A DNA stretch of 63,966 nt, the filler included. It is 7 parts of 7 records of this genome, joined end to end, with 100 filler letters (N's around TTAATTAATTAA, not from the genome) between each part and the next. Parts side by side here need not be neighbours in the genome. Positions count along the whole stretch, not along the records: positions 17,059 to 23,384 come from SRR20825010_6867; positions 23,485 to 34,587 come from SRR20825010_6871; 5 more parts are not named here. The stretch is one strand, 5' to 3'. The notes under the pieces were generated by a model, which was given only the letters and a program-made list of their open reading frames with translations, ran no database searches and was not told the origin of the DNA. This document shows positions 20,001-30,862 of the stretch, piece by piece (the first letter of the stretch is position 1; every line of letters starts with the position of its first letter). A program made the translations under genes and the position numbers.

Positions 20001-23000
20001 GGTGGAGCCGGTTTCGGTGGAGCTGTTTTCCTTGACGGAGGCAATCTTATTATTGACCGAATGAACTTCTCAGGCAATGTTGCCCTGGGTGGAAATGGAG
20101 GAAACGCAGGAGCAACAAATGGGGGTGACGGTGGTTCTAGCCTCTTTGGGGCCGGTGGAGCTGGCGGAGCAGCTGGAAATTTTGATACACATGGAGCAGC
20201 TGGAGCATCCGGGCCATTTTACGGCACAGGAGGTGGCGGAGGCGAGAAAGGCTTCAGTGGGTTCTCAGGAGGCAAAGGCGGAGACGGTAATTTTGGAGGA
20301 GGAGCAGGCGGAGGCGCTGGGGTAAGCTCAGGCAGTAGCTATGGAAATCCGGGCAATGCTGGAACCTTTGGAGGCAATGCCGGAAAAGCAAACAATGGAG
20401 GTGCTGGTGGCGGAGGCGCTGGACTTGGTGGTGCCATCTATGCTAAATCAGGTAACTTGATTGTAAACGCAACAACTTTTACTTCAAATGCTGCTACAGG
20501 CGGATCCAAAGGAACCAACTCGGGAAGTACCTCGGTGATTCAGCCCACGAATGGATCAGGTAAAGGAGGAGCTATTTTTCTTTACCAAGATGTAGCGTAT
20601 AAGCTTATAGATGTTGTCTATTCTGGTAACAGTGCCACAAGCGATTTGAATACAACTGGAGATGATAACAATATCTACATAGGAACTGATCAGGGAGCTC
20701 CCTCTATTTTTCTGAGCAATACTTCAATCGATGAAAATCTATCTGGTCCAGTATTGATTGGTAATCTTTCCACATTCACAGGCAATCCGTCTGATGTGTT
20801 TTTCTACAGCATCATTTCATCCTCTTTGGATGAGAATGATTTGGAAATAGACGGAGAGCAGCTCAACTATATTGGGTCCGGGCTGGATTTTGAGACGCTG
20901 GCTTCATTCAATGTTCAGATCGAATCAACTACAGGTGGTGTAACTAATCTAAGCAATTTCACGATTGCGGTAAATGACCTGGACGATCCGGCAACCGACT
21001 TTGATCTAAGTGCAACCAGTTTGGACGAAGGTCAGGACGTAGGAACTGTGGTTGGCTCATTTACCGTAACCGATGAGGATGGCGGAGAGAATACCTTAAC
21101 ACTTTCTTCGGGTTTTGGTGACAATGGTTTTTTCCAAATCGCAGGGGACGAGCTACAAACAGCCGCTGTGCTGGACTATGACGAGCAGACATCTTATTCC
21201 ATTCAAGTCGAGCTCAATGAGTTGGTTCGGCAATTCACCATCACGATCAATAACATCAATGTGGCTCCAGCGGACATCTTACTTTCAGGAGCTTCTACTC
21301 TGGAGAATGGCTTTGCTGATGTACTCATTGGCACTTTAAGTACTGTTGACACGGATGATGAAGACACACATACTTATACCATAGTAGGTGGTACAACATC
21401 TTTAGAAAATGAGGATGTTAAATTGATTGGCAATGAATTGTATACCAACCGAAGCTTTGATTTTGAAATGGAACCTGAAATATTGGTCGAGATTCGATCA
21501 ACAGATAGTGGTCAGGAATCAGTAACGCAAACCCTGGTCATTGCCATTGAAGATGCAAACGATGTGCCGTCGGGAATTGAATTATCAGAGAATACGGTTG
21601 AAGAAAATGTTGAGGTAGGTTTCGTAATCGCCACTGTCGGTGTTGTAGATCCGGACATCAACGATCAGCATACACTTACACTGGCTCAGGGCTATGAGCA
21701 GAATTATGCAGTGTCTATTGACGGACTAAACATCGTTTCAGCGATTCCTCTGGATTATGAAGTTTTAGCATCATTGGCGCTTAGGCTGCTGGTGGAGGAT
21801 GCAGCAGGAGGCCTTAACCAATTTGATGTGATTGTAGATGTGGTCGATGTTAATGAAGCACCTTCTGACATAATCGCTTCCAATACTTCCTTTGATGAAA
21901 ATGCGCAGTATGGAACTGTGATCGGTTCACTGAGTGCGGTAGATCAGGATGCAGACAACACGCATACTTTCAAAGTCTTGAACTTTACCGAAGTTGATGG
22001 TGTCAAAACCTACGACGTTTTTGCGCAAGATGGCAATCTGGTTGTAGGCAATACCATCGATTTCGAAACTACCCCTTCACTGACTATAGACATAGAGGTT
22101 TTTGATCAGGGTGGACTGTCATTTGTGAAAACTTTTGAGTTCACGATCAATGATGTAAACGAACGGCCAGGAGAACCAGAACTTTCTAATCAGATAATTG
22201 TAGAAAATAGTGCAATAGGTTCACTTGTTGGTCAAATCTCATCTGAAGATCCTGATGCAGGAGATGTACTTACCTATACATTGAATTCAGAATATGGTGG
22301 TGGAAGTTTGTTTGAAATTGTGGGTGATGAACTCAAAACAGCCGGCGATGTTGATTATGAGACATGGAATGATCCGGAAATTCTACTCACTGTGACGGAT
22401 AATGATGGGTTATCATATGAAAAGTATTTTACCATTTTGATCAATGACATCAATGAAGCGCCTACAGCACTTACGCTATCAAAAAGTGATATTGATGAAG
22501 ATGCACCTGTTGGTTCGATCATAGGAAGCTTGACAACAACTGATCAGGATGAAGGCGACACACATATTTATGAGGTACTTACACCATACGTTGTTGATGG
22601 ACAGACCTTTTTTCCAATCATAGCTAATGGTTCCGATTTGGTTACAACCGTACCATTGGATTATGAGGTGATTCCTGTGTTCATGATAGAGGTGAAAACG
22701 ACAGATGAGGAAGGTTTGTCCTTCACAGAGACTTTCACATTGACGGCTAATGATAAAAATGATGTCCCAACAGCTCTGGAACTTTCAGGTAATGTTATTG
22801 CAGAAAATGCAGCGATTGGGACGGTGATAGGTACACTTAGCACTGAGGATCAGGATTCAGAAGATATCCATACCTATAATCTGGAGGCTGGATTTGGCGA
22901 CAATGCCTCATTTGAAATTAGTGGAGCTGAGCTAAAAACGAACGAGGCTGTTGATTTTGAAATTAAATCATCGTACAGTATTAAAATTCGTACTGCCGAT

Positions 23001-23384
23001 GGGCGGGGTGGATTGCTTTCAAAGGAATTTACAATTGGTGTAACGGATGTGAATGAAGCGCCAACCGCCATCACACTTTCTGCCAATACAATTGATGAAA
23101 ATGAGGCAGTCGGAACGGTGATTGGTAGTTTGACTGCTGACGATCAAGATGCCGGTGCGGCACACACTTTCACATTGGTTTCGGGATTTGGAGACAATGC
23201 AAGTTTTGGCATATCAGGAAATGAGCTTCAAAATGCAGCTGTTTTTGATTTTGAAACCAAATCAAGCTACATAATCAAAGTAAAAGCGGATGACGGTGCT
23301 GGTGGTGTTTTCGAACAAGAATTTAGTATCAATGTAATTGATGTCAGTGAGGGGTCCCCACAAACGATCACCTTTGAGGCATTG
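17061..23384 (+). CDS. Giant secreted adhesin-like multidomain protein, open at both ends
   Basis: Uninterrupted frame across the whole contig. Contains propeller-like regions, Ig-like domains, a VVTNTNDSGEGSLRAAI beta-helix start, a Gly-rich block, nine cadherin-like repeats and the start of a QTITFEAL-type repeat. Confidence 0.85.
20695..23345 (+). repeat. Nine tandem bacterial cadherin-like repeats of about 100 aa (coordinates approximate)
   Basis: Recurring pattern N(E/D)xP...LS...(I/V)xEN...G...D.D...(L/F)D(Y/F)E...D.GG...I...D, e.g. NEAPTALTLSKSDIDED and NEAPTAITLSANTIDEN. Confidence 0.85.
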
Positions 23385-23484
23385 NNNNNNNNNNNNNNNN
23401 NNNNNNNNNNNNNNNNNNNNNNNNNNNNTTAATTAATTAANNNNNNNNNNNNNNNNNNNNNNNNNNNNNNNNNNNNNNNNNNNN
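23385..23484. other. Artificial contig linker
   Basis: N44-TTAATTAATTAA-N44. Confidence 0.99.
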
Positions 23485-23907
<423 letters not shown>

Positions 23908-23976
23908 TTAAATGATTAGTTATTGTCCGCAAAACTACTTATTTTTATAATGTCCAACAATTAAATTACAGCAGAT

Positions 23977-24993
23977 ATGTTCACTCAAAATTACAATATA
24001 AAACGTTTCATCCCAATCACCATTTTGGGTGTTTTTACACTCTTGCTATCATCTTGTGGGACACACAATAATGGTTATACCAATAATGATGGAATTTATT
24101 CTACTGGAAGCACTTCAAATGTAGAAGAAGAATATGCAACTGATGCTAATTCAAACGAAAAATCGAATTATTACAAACAATATTTCCAAAGTAAATCCAA
24201 CTCCTACTCCGACATTCCAGAAGAAGGAGCCATTTTTACTGACATTGAAGCATATTCTACTACTGAAAGCTTAGATGAAGATGGAAATATAGTTATTGAA
24301 GAAAATTACACCGAAGATGGTTACGGCCCATGGGGAAGCAATGCCGATGATGTAACAGTTAACGTGTACAACTATGGTGGTTACAACTACGGTTTTTACA
24401 ACAGACCTTACTGGTACACAAACTATTGGGGCGGATGGGGTTACCCTTACTATAATTATTACACACCCTATTGGGGCATAAGCTATGGATGGAATTACCC
24501 GTATTATGGCTATGGCGGCTATGGGCATTACCACTATCATAATTACGGATATTACAATAATTATTACAACAATTCATATTACAACGGAGTCTCGTATAAC
24601 CGGGGCAGGAGAAATTCAGATTATAACCGATCTGATGCTAGAGGAAGATCCAGCAATGCTTCAACTCGTAATTCTTCATACAGTCGTACAGAAATCTCAC
24701 GTCGTGTAAATAGAAATAATGTACGTGCAAACAACACAACACGAACTACGCGCAGCACAAATAATGTACGCACCAATAGAACAAACTCAAATGTAAGAAG
24801 CAATAACACTACAACACGCAATAATAGCTATTCGCAACCTACAAGAAGTACAACTAGAAGCACTAGAAATACTACACGTAGCACACGAAACAGTTCGTAT
24901 TCTTCACCTTCAAGAAGCAGTAGTTCTGGTTCTGTTAGAAGTTCTGGCGGCAGTACACGCTCTAGCAGCGGAGGCAGAGGTGGCCGTGGATAA
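23977..24993 (+). CDS. Lipoprotein with Tyr/Gly/Asn-rich and Arg/Ser/Thr-rich low-complexity regions
   Basis: Lipobox LLSS|C, an acidic N-domain, a YG/YN block, an RSTRN-type tail and a terminal GGRGGRG. Confidence 0.8.
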   Translation: MFTQNYNIKRFIPITILGVFTLLLSSCGTHNNGYTNNDGIYSTGSTSNVEEEYATDANSNEKSNYYKQYFQSKSNSYSDIPEEGAIFTDIEAYSTTESLDEDGNIVIEENYTEDGYGPWGSNADDVTVNVYNYGGYNYGFYNRPYWYTNYWGGWGYPYYNYYTPYWGISYGWNYPYYGYGGYGHYHYHNYGYYNNYYNNSYYNGVSYNRGRRNSDYNRSDARGRSSNASTRNSSYSRTEISRRVNRNNVRANNTTRTTRSTNNVRTNRTNSNVRSNNTTTRNNSYSQPTRSTTRSTRNTTRSTRNSSYSSPSRSSSSGSVRSSGGSTRSSSGGRGGRG

Positions 24994-25029
24994 GATTAAA
25001 TCAAATTTACTTTAAATATAAAAACATTT

Positions 25030-25082
25030 AATGCCCATTGACAATTCATTTTTTATTTGAAATGATACTCTGGGCATTTTTT
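25030..25082 (+). terminator. Possible terminator or mRNA-stabilising hairpin
   Basis: AATGCCCA...TGGGCATT followed by a T run; the long interior makes it a weak call. Confidence 0.4.
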
Positions 25083-25105
25083 AGTTATTAAACTATTTTA
25101 TTCAA

Positions 25106-26611
25106 ATGAAAAAAATAACAACTTTCCTATTTATTGCCTTTTTAGTAGCGACTTCCCAAGCTCAAAACAGTACTGATGGCTTGCGTTATAGCACAGACCA
25201 AAATACAGGAACCGCACGTTTTACCGCGCTTAGTGGCGCAATGGGCGCTTTAGGTGGCGATTTTTCAGCAATGAGCATTAATCCTGCTGGAGGAGCCGTT
25301 TTTTTAGACTCAAACTTAATGTTTTCTGCTTCTTTATTTGACGTGGATAATAAAGCAAATTATTTCAATAGTACTGAAAATAGCTTTTCAGACACTGCTT
25401 CTATAAATCAATTGGGAGCTGTTTTTGTTTTAAATAACGCAAACGAAGACTCTAAATTTAAGAAATTCACCCTAGGATTAAATTTTGAAACTACTAAAAA
25501 TTTTAATGATGAATTATTCATCGCTGGTAATGGCGACACTTCAATTGGAGCGTTCTTTTTGGCGCAAGCACAAGGAATTCCATTAAGTCAACTGCAAAAT
25601 TCAGATTATCAATTTTTAGGACAAACTCAAGGAACTGCAGCACAGAATGCATTTTTAGGTTACCAAGCATATCTTTTTGACCCTGTAGACCCAAACAATC
25701 CTTCAAACAGTTTGTATGTTTCAAATATAGCTGGAAACAATTTCAACCAGAAATATATTTATCTTTCACAAGGAAACAATAGTAAGTTTACCATCAACTT
25801 TGCGACTCAGATTACTGATAATTATTTCTTCGGAATTAATTTAAATACTCATACCATTAGTTACGACCAAAGTACATACTTGTTTGAAAACAATAATAAC
25901 CCAGGTTCTACAGTAAATAGTGTAGGTTTTGAAAACAATCTTTCTGTAAACGGAGCTGGTTTTTCGGTTCAAATTGGAGCTATTGCAAGGGTGGCAGAAA
26001 AACTTCGCTTTGGATTAAGCTTGGACACCCCTACATGGTATCAAATTTCTGAAGAAACAACACAAAATCTTGAAAGCGCGAGAGTATTTGAAAACCAAAT
26101 TATTAATGAATTTGTAGACCCGAGAGTTATTAATGTTTATGAAGACTATACCTTGAAAACACCTGCAAAAGCTACTGCTAGCGCAGCTTATATTTTTGGG
26201 CAAAAAGGATTAATAAGCATTGATTATTCGTATAAGGATTATTCATCGATTGATTTTAGCTATACGTTTGATGACAGCCCTTATTTTAACGATTTAAACA
26301 GAACAATAGAAAATACATTAAAAGGCGCCTCATCAATTAATGCTGGGGCAGAATACCGCCTGCGCCAATTAAGTTTTAGAGGTGGATTTCATTATGAAGA
26401 AAGCCCGTATCAAGAAACAGAAGTTGTTGGAGATCTTAGCGGTTTTTCGTTAGGAGCTGGTTATAATTTTGGCAACTACACGCTTGATATTGCCTATTCA
26501 AGATCAGAACAAGAACGCAACCAACAGTTGTATACTGTAGGGTTAACAGATACCGCCACTGTAAATTCTATTTACAGCAATTTTATGGTATCATTAGGGT
26601 TTAACTTTTAA
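25106..26611 (+). CDS. OmpP1/FadL-family outer-membrane beta-barrel
   Basis: Signal peptide, GTARFTALSGAMGALGGD...NPAG hatch motif and C-terminal LGFNF. Confidence 0.85.
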   Translation: MKKITTFLFIAFLVATSQAQNSTDGLRYSTDQNTGTARFTALSGAMGALGGDFSAMSINPAGGAVFLDSNLMFSASLFDVDNKANYFNSTENSFSDTASINQLGAVFVLNNANEDSKFKKFTLGLNFETTKNFNDELFIAGNGDTSIGAFFLAQAQGIPLSQLQNSDYQFLGQTQGTAAQNAFLGYQAYLFDPVDPNNPSNSLYVSNIAGNNFNQKYIYLSQGNNSKFTINFATQITDNYFFGINLNTHTISYDQSTYLFENNNNPGSTVNSVGFENNLSVNGAGFSVQIGAIARVAEKLRFGLSLDTPTWYQISEETTQNLESARVFENQIINEFVDPRVINVYEDYTLKTPAKATASAAYIFGQKGLISIDYSYKDYSSIDFSYTFDDSPYFNDLNRTIENTLKGASSINAGAEYRLRQLSFRGGFHYEESPYQETEVVGDLSGFSLGAGYNFGNYTLDIAYSRSEQERNQQLYTVGLTDTATVNSIYSNFMVSLGFNF

Positions 26612-26702
26612 ATACCTCAAAAAACTAATATTAATTTACAACAGTTACATAAAAACACTTAAAATAAAAACAACCACTTTTCAATACCAAAATGCTATTG
26701 CG

Positions 26703-26710
26703 TATCTTTG
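26703..26710 (+). promoter_or_regulatory. Bacteroidota -7 promoter box for folE-cysS
   Basis: TATCTTTG, 27 nt before the folE ATG. Confidence 0.55.
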
Positions 26711-26737
26711 CAGGCCTAAAAAACGAGATTTTAATTG

Positions 26738-27415
26738 ATGGATTTAGAAAAACAACTAAAAGAAATAGAAGCAATGGGTGATGACCACATTGGTAGTTCT
26801 ACAGAAACCCCAATGCGTTCTAACGCCTTTGAACTTAGCGACATTGAAAAAATCGCAAGTATTAAAAAAGATGTTCACAACATCATGCAAACTTTAGGGC
26901 TCGATCTGAATGACGATAGTTTAAAAGGTACGCCTACAAGAGTTGCCAAAATGTTTGTTCAAGAGATTTTTGGCGGACTTCATCCAGACAGAAAACCAAA
27001 AGCTTCTACATTCGAAAATAAGTACAAATACCAAGAAATGCTTGTAGAAAAGAACATTACGCTCTACTCTACTTGCGAACACCACTTACTTCCAATTGTA
27101 GGGAAAGCACACATTGCATACATTTCTAACGGCACTGTAGTTGGACTTTCAAAAATGAATAGAATCGTTGATTATTATGCAAAACGCCCTCAAGTTCAAG
27201 AACGTTTAACAATGCAAATAGTTAAAGAATTACAAGAAGTTTTAAATACAGAAGATGTTGCTTGTGTTATTGACGCAAAACACCTGTGTGTAAACTCTCG
27301 TGGCATTCGTGATATTGATAGCAGCACAGTAACCAGCGAGTTTGGTGGCGCTTTCAAAAACCCAGAAACACGACGCGAGTTTTTAGATTATATAAAACTG
27401 GATACTGAGTACTAA
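26738..27415 (+). CDS. folE: GTP cyclohydrolase I
   Basis: Motifs TPTRVAKM, CEHHLLP, GLSK, QVQERLT and HLCVNSRG. Confidence 0.96.
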   Translation: MDLEKQLKEIEAMGDDHIGSSTETPMRSNAFELSDIEKIASIKKDVHNIMQTLGLDLNDDSLKGTPTRVAKMFVQEIFGGLHPDRKPKASTFENKYKYQEMLVEKNITLYSTCEHHLLPIVGKAHIAYISNGTVVGLSKMNRIVDYYAKRPQVQERLTMQIVKELQEVLNTEDVACVIDAKHLCVNSRGIRDIDSSTVTSEFGGAFKNPETRREFLDYIKLDTEY

Positions 27416-27465
27416 ACTATTCGCTCAGCTAAAAAAATCCCAATTCACCAATTATATCGAAAAAA

Positions 27466-28941
27466 TTGAAACAGCAAGAATTATACATTTACAATTCGCT
27501 TACTAAAAGCAAGGAAAAATTTAATCCAATTCATGAAGGTGCCGTAGGAATGTACGTTTGTGGCCCAACAGTTTACAGTAATGTACATTTGGGAAATTGC
27601 CGAACTTTTCTTTCTTTCGATTTGGTTTTTAGATATTTGAAGCATTTAGACTTCAAAGTTCGTTATGTACGAAATATTACCGATGCGGGGCACTTAGAAA
27701 ACGATGGTGAAAGTGGCGATGATCCTATTCTGAAAAAAGCGCGAATCGAACAATTGGAACCCATGGAAGTGGTTCAAAAATACACGGTAGATTTTCATAC
27801 AACCATGGCAAAATTCAACGCTTTGCCACCAAGTATTGAACCTACCGCAACTGGGCATATTTATGAACAAATTCATATTGTTGAAAAAATAATCAAGCAA
27901 GGTTTTGCTTACGAAAGAAACGGCTCTGTATATTTTGATGTTGTAAAATTTAACGAATCTAATAATTACGGCAAACTAAGCGGAAGGTTATTAGAAGATA
28001 TGATTGCCAATACACGCGAACTTGCTGCACAAACAGACAAGAAAAACCCGCAAGATTTCGCCCTTTGGAAAAAAGCGGAACCGCAACACATTATGCGCTG
28101 GCCATCACCTTGGAGCGAAGGTTTTCCAGGTTGGCACCTAGAATGTACAGCGATGAGCACCAAATATTTAGGAAACAACTTCGATATTCACGGTGGCGGA
28201 ATGGATTTGAAATTCCCACATCACGAATGCGAAATTGCACAAGCAGAAGCTTGCAATCATGTTTCACCCGTGAATTACTGGATGCATGCCAACATGCTTA
28301 CACTGAACGGTAAAAAAATGTCGAAATCTACTGGAAACTATATTCTTCCGAATGAAATGTTTACAGGAGAAAACGATGTTTTAAGCAAACCATTCTCCCC
28401 TACTGTTACAAAGTTTTTTATGTATCAAGCACATTACCGAAGCATTTTAGACTTTAGTAGCGAAGCATTAGAAGCTTCTGAAAAGGGATACAATAAATTA
28501 ATGGATGCCTACAGAATGCTGGACGAACTTACAACTTCAGAAAAAAGCAGCATAGCCGTTGAAAGCTGGAGAAAGTCTTGTTATGACGCAATGAATGACG
28601 ATTTTAACAGCCCCATTTTGATTGCAAACTTGTTTGAAACAGTAAAATTTGCGAATTCAATAAAAGAAGGAAAGGATATTATTTCTGAAAATGATTTACA
28701 ATTACTAAAACAGACAATGAGCGACTTTCTTTTTGATGTTTTAGGATTGCAAGATGTTGCTTCAGAAACTTCTTTAGACACTGAAAAACTTTCAGGTGCA
28801 ATTGAGCTTCTTATTCAATTAAGAAACCAAGCACGTGCCAATAAAGATTTTGCAATGAGCGATAAAATACGCGACGAACTTTCTGCAAAAGGAATTCAGC
28901 TAAAAGACGGGAAAGACGGAACTACTTTTTCATTAAATTAA
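27466..28941 (+). CDS. cysS: Cysteinyl-tRNA synthetase
   Basis: Motifs [24 protein letters not shown] and KMSKS. Confidence 0.97.
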   Translation: MKQQELYIYNSLTKSKEKFNPIHEGAVGMYVCGPTVYSNVHLGNCRTFLSFDLVFRYLKHLDFKVRYVRNITDAGHLENDGESGDDPILKKARIEQLEPMEVVQKYTVDFHTTMAKFNALPPSIEPTATGHIYEQIHIVEKIIKQGFAYERNGSVYFDVVKFNESNNYGKLSGRLLEDMIANTRELAAQTDKKNPQDFALWKKAEPQHIMRWPSPWSEGFPGWHLECTAMSTKYLGNNFDIHGGGMDLKFPHHECEIAQAEACNHVSPVNYWMHANMLTLNGKKMSKSTGNYILPNEMFTGENDVLSKPFSPTVTKFFMYQAHYRSILDFSSEALEASEKGYNKLMDAYRMLDELTTSEKSSIAVESWRKSCYDAMNDDFNSPILIANLFETVKFANSIKEGKDIISENDLQLLKQTMSDFLFDVLGLQDVASETSLDTEKLSGAIELLIQLRNQARANKDFAMSDKIRDELSAKGIQLKDGKDGTTFSLN

Positions 28942-28949
28942 TAAGTAAG

Positions 28950-29183
28950 GTGAAAAAAATTATAACATATCCTTTTATACTTTTAATAAAAGGATATCAA
29001 CAATTTATCTCACCATTTACACCTGCAACCTGCCGTTATAACCCAACTTGCTCCTATTATACCGTAGAAGCATTGCAAACTCATGGTTTAATAAAAGGTG
29101 GCTGGTTGGCTATAAAACGTATTGCAAGTTGCAATCCATGGGGCGGTTCTGGTCATGATCCAGTACCACCAAAAAAGAAATGA
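28950..29183 (+). CDS. yidD: Membrane protein insertion efficiency factor
   Basis: CRYNPTCS...[17 protein letters not shown]. Confidence 0.93.
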   Translation: MKKIITYPFILLIKGYQQFISPFTPATCRYNPTCSYYTVEALQTHGLIKGGWLAIKRIASCNPWGGSGHDPVPPKKK

Positions 29184-29247
29184 AAAATATGCGCTATAAT
29201 ACTTTTTCGCTTTTGCTATCTTTACACAGCGCAATAAAATCTTTAAT

Positions 29248-30177
29248 ATGCATTATTTAAGTTTTACATGGAATCCTTCAGAAGGGATTGATCTTGGTTT
29301 TTTTATGATTCGTTTTTACAGTTTAATGTTCGTCGTAGCATTCACACTGGGCTGGATTATCACAAAAAAGATTTATGAAAGAGAAGGTCAGCCACAAGAA
29401 AAACTTGACAGCCTTTTTATATACATGGTAGTGGCCACCCTTATTGGCGCACGTTTGGGTCATGTTATTTTCTACCAACCTGAACTTTTTGTACAAGATC
29501 CGCTTTCGGTATTTTTACCCATTAGCACTGTTCCAGAATTTGAATTTACTGGTTTTCAAGGTTTGGCAAGTCATGGCGCAGCAATCGCTATATTAATTGC
29601 AATGTATTATTATAGCAAAAACGTAATTAAGAAACCTTTTTTGTGGATAATGGATCGTATTGTTATTGCGGTAGCTTGCGGTGGAATATTTGTGCGTATC
29701 GGAAATTTTATGAATTCTGAAATCATCGGAAAGCCTTCAGAAGATTTCCCTTTGGGAGTTCGTTTTGTGCATGAAGGCATCAGCAAACAAGAAGCTGTAA
29801 ACGCAACTGGAATTCAGAATCCGAGTAAAGCATATGATGCTATAGTAAGCAATCCTCAGTTTTCAGAAATATTGAATACTGTACCTTTTCGCCATCCTGC
29901 ACAACTTTATGAAGCAGCAGGATACGTGATTGTATTTTTGGTATGTTGGTATTTATATTGGAAAACGGAGCGCAGAAAACAGATTGGTTATATTTTTGGA
30001 GTATTCTTAATCCTTCTTTTTATGGTTCGTTTTATTGTAGAATATGTAAAAGAAAGCCAAGGTGGATTTGAGTCTGCGCTTGGACTGCTTTCCACAGGTC
30101 AGTGGCTAAGTGTTCCATTTGTAATTGCAGGTATTTACATTATGTGGAAAGCTTCAAAAAAGCCACTTATTGATTAA
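29248..30177 (+). CDS. lgt: Prolipoprotein diacylglyceryl transferase
   Basis: Motifs GARLGHV, GLASHG, RIGNFMNSE, HPAQLYE and GQWLS. Confidence 0.96.
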   Translation: MHYLSFTWNPSEGIDLGFFMIRFYSLMFVVAFTLGWIITKKIYEREGQPQEKLDSLFIYMVVATLIGARLGHVIFYQPELFVQDPLSVFLPISTVPEFEFTGFQGLASHGAAIAILIAMYYYSKNVIKKPFLWIMDRIVIAVACGGIFVRIGNFMNSEIIGKPSEDFPLGVRFVHEGISKQEAVNATGIQNPSKAYDAIVSNPQFSEILNTVPFRHPAQLYEAAGYVIVFLVCWYLYWKTERRKQIGYIFGVFLILLFMVRFIVEYVKESQGGFESALGLLSTGQWLSVPFVIAGIYIMWKASKKPLID

Positions 30178-30246
30178 ATAAAAATACCCAGTGAATAGGC
30201 AAATCATTTTAAAATCCTATATGTATTCTGGGTAAAATATATTCAA

Positions 30247-30741
30247 ATGAAAAAAATACTTATTTCGGCTGCAATTGTAGCTTCACTTTTCTCACTTTAC
30301 AACTGTAAAGACAGTACTAGCTCAGAAAGCAAAAGTCTTACCAAAGAAATTTTATTCAACAAAGAAGGTGAATTAAAGCTTCTAAAAGCGAATAATGATT
30401 CCTTAATTGCAAGTTTGGATATTGAAATTGCAGATGATGAATATTCTACTCAAACAGGGTTGATGTACCGTCATTCCATGGAAAAAAATCAAGGTATGCT
30501 TTTTGTTTTTGATGATTCGCGCCAACGATCATTTTATATGAAAAACACTGAAATTGCACTCGATATTATTTATCTAGATGCTGAAAAGAAGATAATCAGT
30601 TTTCAAAAAAACACAAAACCTTTCACCGAATCTTCTTTACCATCAGACGGGCTTGCTCAATACGTACTTGAAGTAAACGCAGGGCTTTCCGATGTATGGC
30701 AATTAGAGAAAGGTGATAAAATTCAGTACACAAAAAATTAA
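30247..30741 (+). CDS. DUF192-family lipoprotein
   Basis: Motifs GLMYR, GMLFVF, FYMKNT, LDII and YVLEVNAG; signal peptide ending in Cys. Confidence 0.9.
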   Translation: MKKILISAAIVASLFSLYNCKDSTSSESKSLTKEILFNKEGELKLLKANNDSLIASLDIEIADDEYSTQTGLMYRHSMEKNQGMLFVFDDSRQRSFYMKNTEIALDIIYLDAEKKIISFQKNTKPFTESSLPSDGLAQYVLEVNAGLSDVWQLEKGDKIQYTKN

Positions 30742-30805
30742 ACGTAGAAATTAGCCGTGTATTTAATTACTCTGTAAAAGCTTTAATACGCTAGATTTCA
30801 AAAAC

Positions 30806-30841
30806 AAAAAAGACCTTTCCAAATTGGAAAGGTCTTTTTTT
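30806..30841. terminator. Bidirectional intrinsic terminator between DUF192 and secDF
   Basis: Perfect inverted repeat AAAAAAGACCTTTCCAA-A-TTGGAAAGGTCTTTTTT. Confidence 0.9.
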
Positions 30842-30862
30842 ATTCCGAAGAAAAATCAGGGA

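Noticed and set aside
24700-24990. Short imperfect nucleotide repeats as a possible array
   Set aside because: They encode the R/S/T/N low-complexity protein tail; there is no constant repeat-spacer structure.
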